A stretch of DNA of 64,000 nucleotides from Eledone cirrhosa. Its lineage: Eukaryota. Shown piece by piece: positions 59,720 through 64,000 of this stretch. Made by a program: the position numbers and the translations under genes. The stretch covers positions 87,172,001 to 87,236,000 of the forward strand of contig OZ024745.1 in the NCBI GenBank assembly GCA_964016885.1. Direction: 5' to 3'. The notes under the pieces were generated by a model. The model was given only the letters and a program-made list of their open reading frames with translations, did not search any database and was not told where the DNA came from. The first letter of the stretch is position 1; each line of letters begins with the position of its first letter.

Positions 59720-60178
59720 TCAAATTTCGTTTCATCAAATTTCGTTTCATTTTCTCCATTTATCGTTTTCGGTGCGCCCGGCCGATTAACTGACTCGATA
59801 TGCAAATTACGCTGCTCAGCCGTTAATATACATAAGGAAAGTATATACTTTCAGACGTTCAATCATCCGGCAGGAAGGTTTACGGTGCTGAAGATAGCTA
59901 ATAAGCTTGAAACTAGTACATCGTTCCTTTGTCAGTGTTGAACAAAAGGGCAACGATGGTTGCTAAATACTGTACGGCATAATCCGGGATGTTTGTTACA
60001 AACAAACCGAGCATTATAATAGATGTTCGGTAAATCCATACGTACATGTATATATGTGTGCATGTATATATATACATACTACTGTACGTTTGCATACATA
60101 TATGTATGTACGTATACATACTTATATTTAAGTAACAGCCGTACTAAGAGTGAGAAATGAAATTTCCTTTCATTATTT
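59720..60178 (+). mobile_element. One unit plus terminal redundancy of the ~442 bp retrozyme-like family
   Basis: Reverse complement of 43014-43480. The aaatttcgtttcatt motif is present at both ends. Confidence 0.82.
59883..59923 (+). ncRNA. Minimal type I hammerhead
   Basis: cggtg CTGAAGA t-agc-taataa-gct-t GAAA ctag TA catcg. Confidence 0.85.
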
Positions 60179-60183
60179 GTATT

Positions 60184-60231
<48 letters not shown>

Positions 60232-60334
60232 AATGATATATAAATATATATAAATATATATATATTTATATATATATAAATATATATATATATTTATATA
60301 TATATCTTCTGGTCCAGTGCATCTTCTAGTGCTT

Positions 60335-60939
60335 GGAGTGAAATCCTATTTCTTTTTTTATTATAAATTGAGCCAACTTATGCAGCTTTATATACAAATG
60401 AGATTAATCAACTCATTTACACAGACGAGAAAAGTATATATTGTCAGCTGCCTTCTAGTCCAGCAGTCGCAAGCGGTGGGAGGGACCGTCCTGACGAAGG
60501 ACAGTTAAGCCTGAAATGCATTGAAGGTTGCCCTCCTTGCTTCTGATGGACATCACCAGACGGCGTTAGCCCCCCGGTGTTTGCATAGCTACGGCTTCCT
60601 AAAACTGTATTTCTTTGGAGATACGAAATATTTATACATATTGTATAAAGCTATGCTTGAAGCGAAATCCTATTTCCTTTTTATTATAAATTGAGCCAAC
60701 TTATGCAGCTTCATATGCAAACAGACGAGAAAAGTATATATTCTCAGCTGTCTTCTAGTCCAGCAGTCGCAAGCGGTGGGAGGGACCGTCCTGACGAAGG
60801 CCAGTTAAGCCTAAAATGCATAGACGGTTGCCCCCCTTGCTTCTGATGGACAAGACCAGAGGGCGTTAGCTCCCAGTGTTTGCATAGCATCGGCTTCCTA
60901 AAACTGTATTTCTTTGGAGATACGAAATATTTATACATA
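60335..60939 (+). mobile_element. Tandem dimer of a 300 bp retrozyme-like unit
   Basis: acagacgagaaaagtatata occurs at 60421 and 60721. There is one HHR per unit, and (TA)n flanks. Confidence 0.88.
60485..60528 (+). ncRNA. Type I hammerhead; second copy at 60785-60828
   Basis: Consensus of the two copies: accgtc CTGACGA aggc-cagttaa-gcct GAAA tgca TH gacggt. Copy 1 has helix mismatches and copy 2 has AAAA for GAAA. Confidence 0.82.
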
Positions 60940-61326
60940 TAAATATATATATAGTTATATATATATAAATATATATATATTTATATGTATATAAATATGT
61001 ATATATTTATATATATATAAATATTTATAAGTAGAAGTTGTATTTAATTTGTTTGGAAGTCCGGCAAACATTAATATTTATAAATGTTTATATATCATAT
61101 ATATATATCTAAATATACAGATTTATATATATTTATATATACAAATAAATTATCGACAATCGGAACTTCGGGCCACGAAATAACGAAAATCAATCTTCGA
61201 AATGTGCGGCAAATAAATATATTTATATATATATAAATATATATATATTTATATATATATAAATATATATATATTTACATATAAATATATACATATATAA
61301 ATATATACATATTTATATATATATAT

Positions 61327-61410
61327 GTGGCTGAGTGGTTAGAGAATTGGATTCAGAATCTTGAGATTGTGAGTTCGATTGAGCAAGACACTTTATTTCA
61401 CGTTGCTCCT
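61327..61410 (+). mobile_element. tRNA-derived SINE head, second family
   Basis: A box tggctgagtgg, B box gagttcgatt, then gagcaagacactttatttcacgttgctcc. Confidence 0.65.
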
Positions 61411-61689
61411 TCTACCTGGAGTTGCGACCGATAGATAGTATTAGCAACTGGAAAGACCGACGAAAACATTGTTTCCTCGGTCCGATTTGACGAAAGTCGA
61501 TCGATCCTATAAATATATAAATATATATAAATATATATATAAATATATATATATATAAATATATATATATAAATATATATATAAATATAAATATATATAT
61601 ATATAGATGTATAGATATATTCATGTATATATATATATAAATATATATAAATATATATCTATATATATATTTATATATATATATAGGAA

Positions 61690-62160
61690 AAGGTATGACC
61701 CCTACGGCAGAGCTCAAGCAGTTTCGATGGCTATTTCTGTTATTTATATATACTCTGGAGTCATTGCTGTAGTTGAGTCTGTGTTGCTGTATGGGTCTCA
61801 CTCAGATGGTGGATGGGTGAAACACGAGAATGCTGAGGATGGCTCTGAACATTAATCAGTATACACTGAGGATGAAAAACTCAGAGCTGTATGGGAGCAT
61901 CCCAAAACTCAGCTCAAAAGTGACACAGAGGAGACTGAGGTCAGCTGGACATGCTCACCGATATCCAGAGTTGACATTGCACTCAGTATTCCTTTGGGAG
62001 CCCCTACATGGACACACTAGAAGTGGAAGACCAAGGTTAACGTATGTTGATGCCCTAAGGACAGACACTGGTCTGTTGGAGACGCAGGACATGGCAGCGA
62101 TAATGAGGGACAGAGACCGCTGGAGAGAACTCGTCCATGGATCTCGGGAATTTTACCCGC
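61690..62160 (+). mobile_element. RTE-like LINE 3' fragment
   Basis: [11 protein letters not shown]...MLRMALNI...RRLRSAGHAHR...GRPRLTYVD. It ends at the same 3' point (gaattttacccgc) as the 8368 copy and is followed by (TA)n. Confidence 0.85.
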
Positions 62161-62237
<77 letters not shown>

Positions 62238-62399
62238 ATATAAATATATATATATATAAATACATAAAGAGATTCCTGATGATTTCTAAAGAATTAAACA
62301 GCTCCCGTCCTGTTGAATTTCATCTGTATTAAAACTTATATACAATGCTATGTATTGAGTACCTTACATACTGTGGTTACCTCCGATTCAACCTGGAAT

Positions 62400-64000
62400 A
62401 ACTTACCTATATATATATACGACAAATAGAAATACAACATCGAAATCAAACAAGTCACGCAGTAGAAAATATATTTGGTATAACCCCATATTTAACACCT
62501 CTATTAGTACTAACCTACCCTCTACTTTCTTTAGAATAATAAATAGGCACTTTCCAGATTCACATAGATACAGCAAAATCCTTAACACTAAATCTATTAG
62601 ACTATCCTACTCCACGGCACCAAATATAGAGGCAACATTATGATGCTTAACGCTAAAAAGATACATAACAACACCAAAACACAAATTTACAACAATAACA
62701 ATACAATTACCACCGAACACAACAGAATATCTAATACACAACCACCCGCTAATAGGCAAACAAAACGTCACACACTTGTTCAGGCATCGCAGCCCACAAA
62801 TAATGCCAAAGTTGCCCATAACAAGAAATGTAACTGCCACCTACCTGAAACCTGTCCATTACAAAATGAATGTATGCAGTCTAACCTGGTTTACCAATGC
62901 ACAGTGGAATCAGACAACCAGAAATGGTATTACATCGGAGCGACTGGGAATACTTTTAAAGCTCGTTGGTATACACAACGTTACGCAATGAAACATTCCC
63001 AGCACCGTTATGTAACTACCCTTGCAAGCAAGACCTGGCAACTGAGGGAAAGTAACCATCAATACACCCTGAAGTGGAAAAAATTATCCAACGCGCCCCC
63101 ATATCGGAGTGGTATGAGAAGCTGTCGATTATGCGACCTTGAGCTGTTCCACATCTTAAGTTCGAAGAATAGGTTACTCAACAATAAAATTGAGAGATCA
63201 ATTTATTGTAACCATAGACTCAAAGAGAAGTTTTCGCACTACAAATCGAACCCTTAACCTCTTACTACCAACTGACAAACTGCATATACTTAGACTTTAT
63301 ACCCTCTTATATCTAAACCCTTTAATTACCCACAAAACCAATACATATATCCCCCTCTTCTCCCTCATTCCTCTTCTATTTCTTCGTTTTCTTCCTTCCT
63401 TCCCCCTTCTTGGCTATCTTTTCTTATCTTCTTTCTCACCCCCTTCTTTGCTTTTATTTTTGTCATTATTATCTTTATTTTTATTTTTTATATGTATATG
63501 TATATGTATGTGTGTATGTATATGTATGTATGTGTGTGTGTGTGTGTGTATATATATGTAAATATATATGTATATATATATATATATGTATATATATTTA
63601 TATCTTTATCATTTTCCCCCCTCTCTCTCCCTCTCTATCCCTCCCTCCCACTATTATCTCTTTAATTCTCTTTAACTCACTACACTCCACGACATGATGT
63701 CTGCTATCAAAACTGAAGAATCCTTCCACCTCTACCCCTCCCTCCATCTCAGTTTGTCATTCTACTTCCTACCACTTCCCCCTTCCTCTCTCTCTATACT
63801 ATGCCGTCTGGCCCCTCACCTCCTGATTCCTCTCTCTCTATACTAGTAAATACAATTACAAATAAATGTTTTTTCTCTATATATTAAGAATTATTTCAAG
63901 AGTAACTCACTATTTTGAAAATTTGGTCTGTGAACAACAATTATAATTGAGTGGCTGCTATTTGCAGTATAGCAATATAAGGTTGCACTTACCAATGAAA
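62400..64000 (+). mobile_element. Naiad-like PLE 3' part (GIY-YIG) plus pLTR, running off the window
   Basis: WYNPIF, RLSYST, then ORF 62640-63257 with CNCHLPETCPLQNEC, VYQCTV...YIGATGNTFKAR and CRLC. The pLTR matches 24480-24792. Confidence 0.9.

Overview
Eukaryotic, very AT-rich DNA saturated with (TA)n/(CA)n microsatellites. The SINE types and microsatellite style suggest a mollusc, probably a cephalopod (inference). The only host gene is two exons (<1-275, 2569-2861) of an animal heme peroxidase. No further exon was recognised, so the remaining ~61 kb may be one giant intron. That region is a dense nest of retroelements sitting in (TA)n tracts: about 10 Penelope-like elements (PLEs; RT plus GIY-YIG, Naiad-like and Neptune-like, one with an uninterrupted RT-EN frame), solo pseudo-LTRs (pLTRs), tRNA-derived SINEs, and RTE-like and CR1-like LINE fragments. 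The main signal is RNA-level: more than 25 type I hammerhead ribozyme (HHR) motifs from over a dozen sequence families, found by eye. They include retrozyme-like tandem arrays (466, ~442 and 300 bp units, one HHR per unit), hammerheads with 75-115 nt structured helix II domains, recurrent non-canonical cores (UUGAAAA, CAGAAGA) and family-specific palindromic helix III sequences. Most insertions are fold-backs with element 3' ends facing outward on both sides. Nearly all Y/I/C/V/H/T-rich ORFs in the track are microsatellite artefacts. All pairings and boundaries were read manually; no folding, alignment or database search was run.
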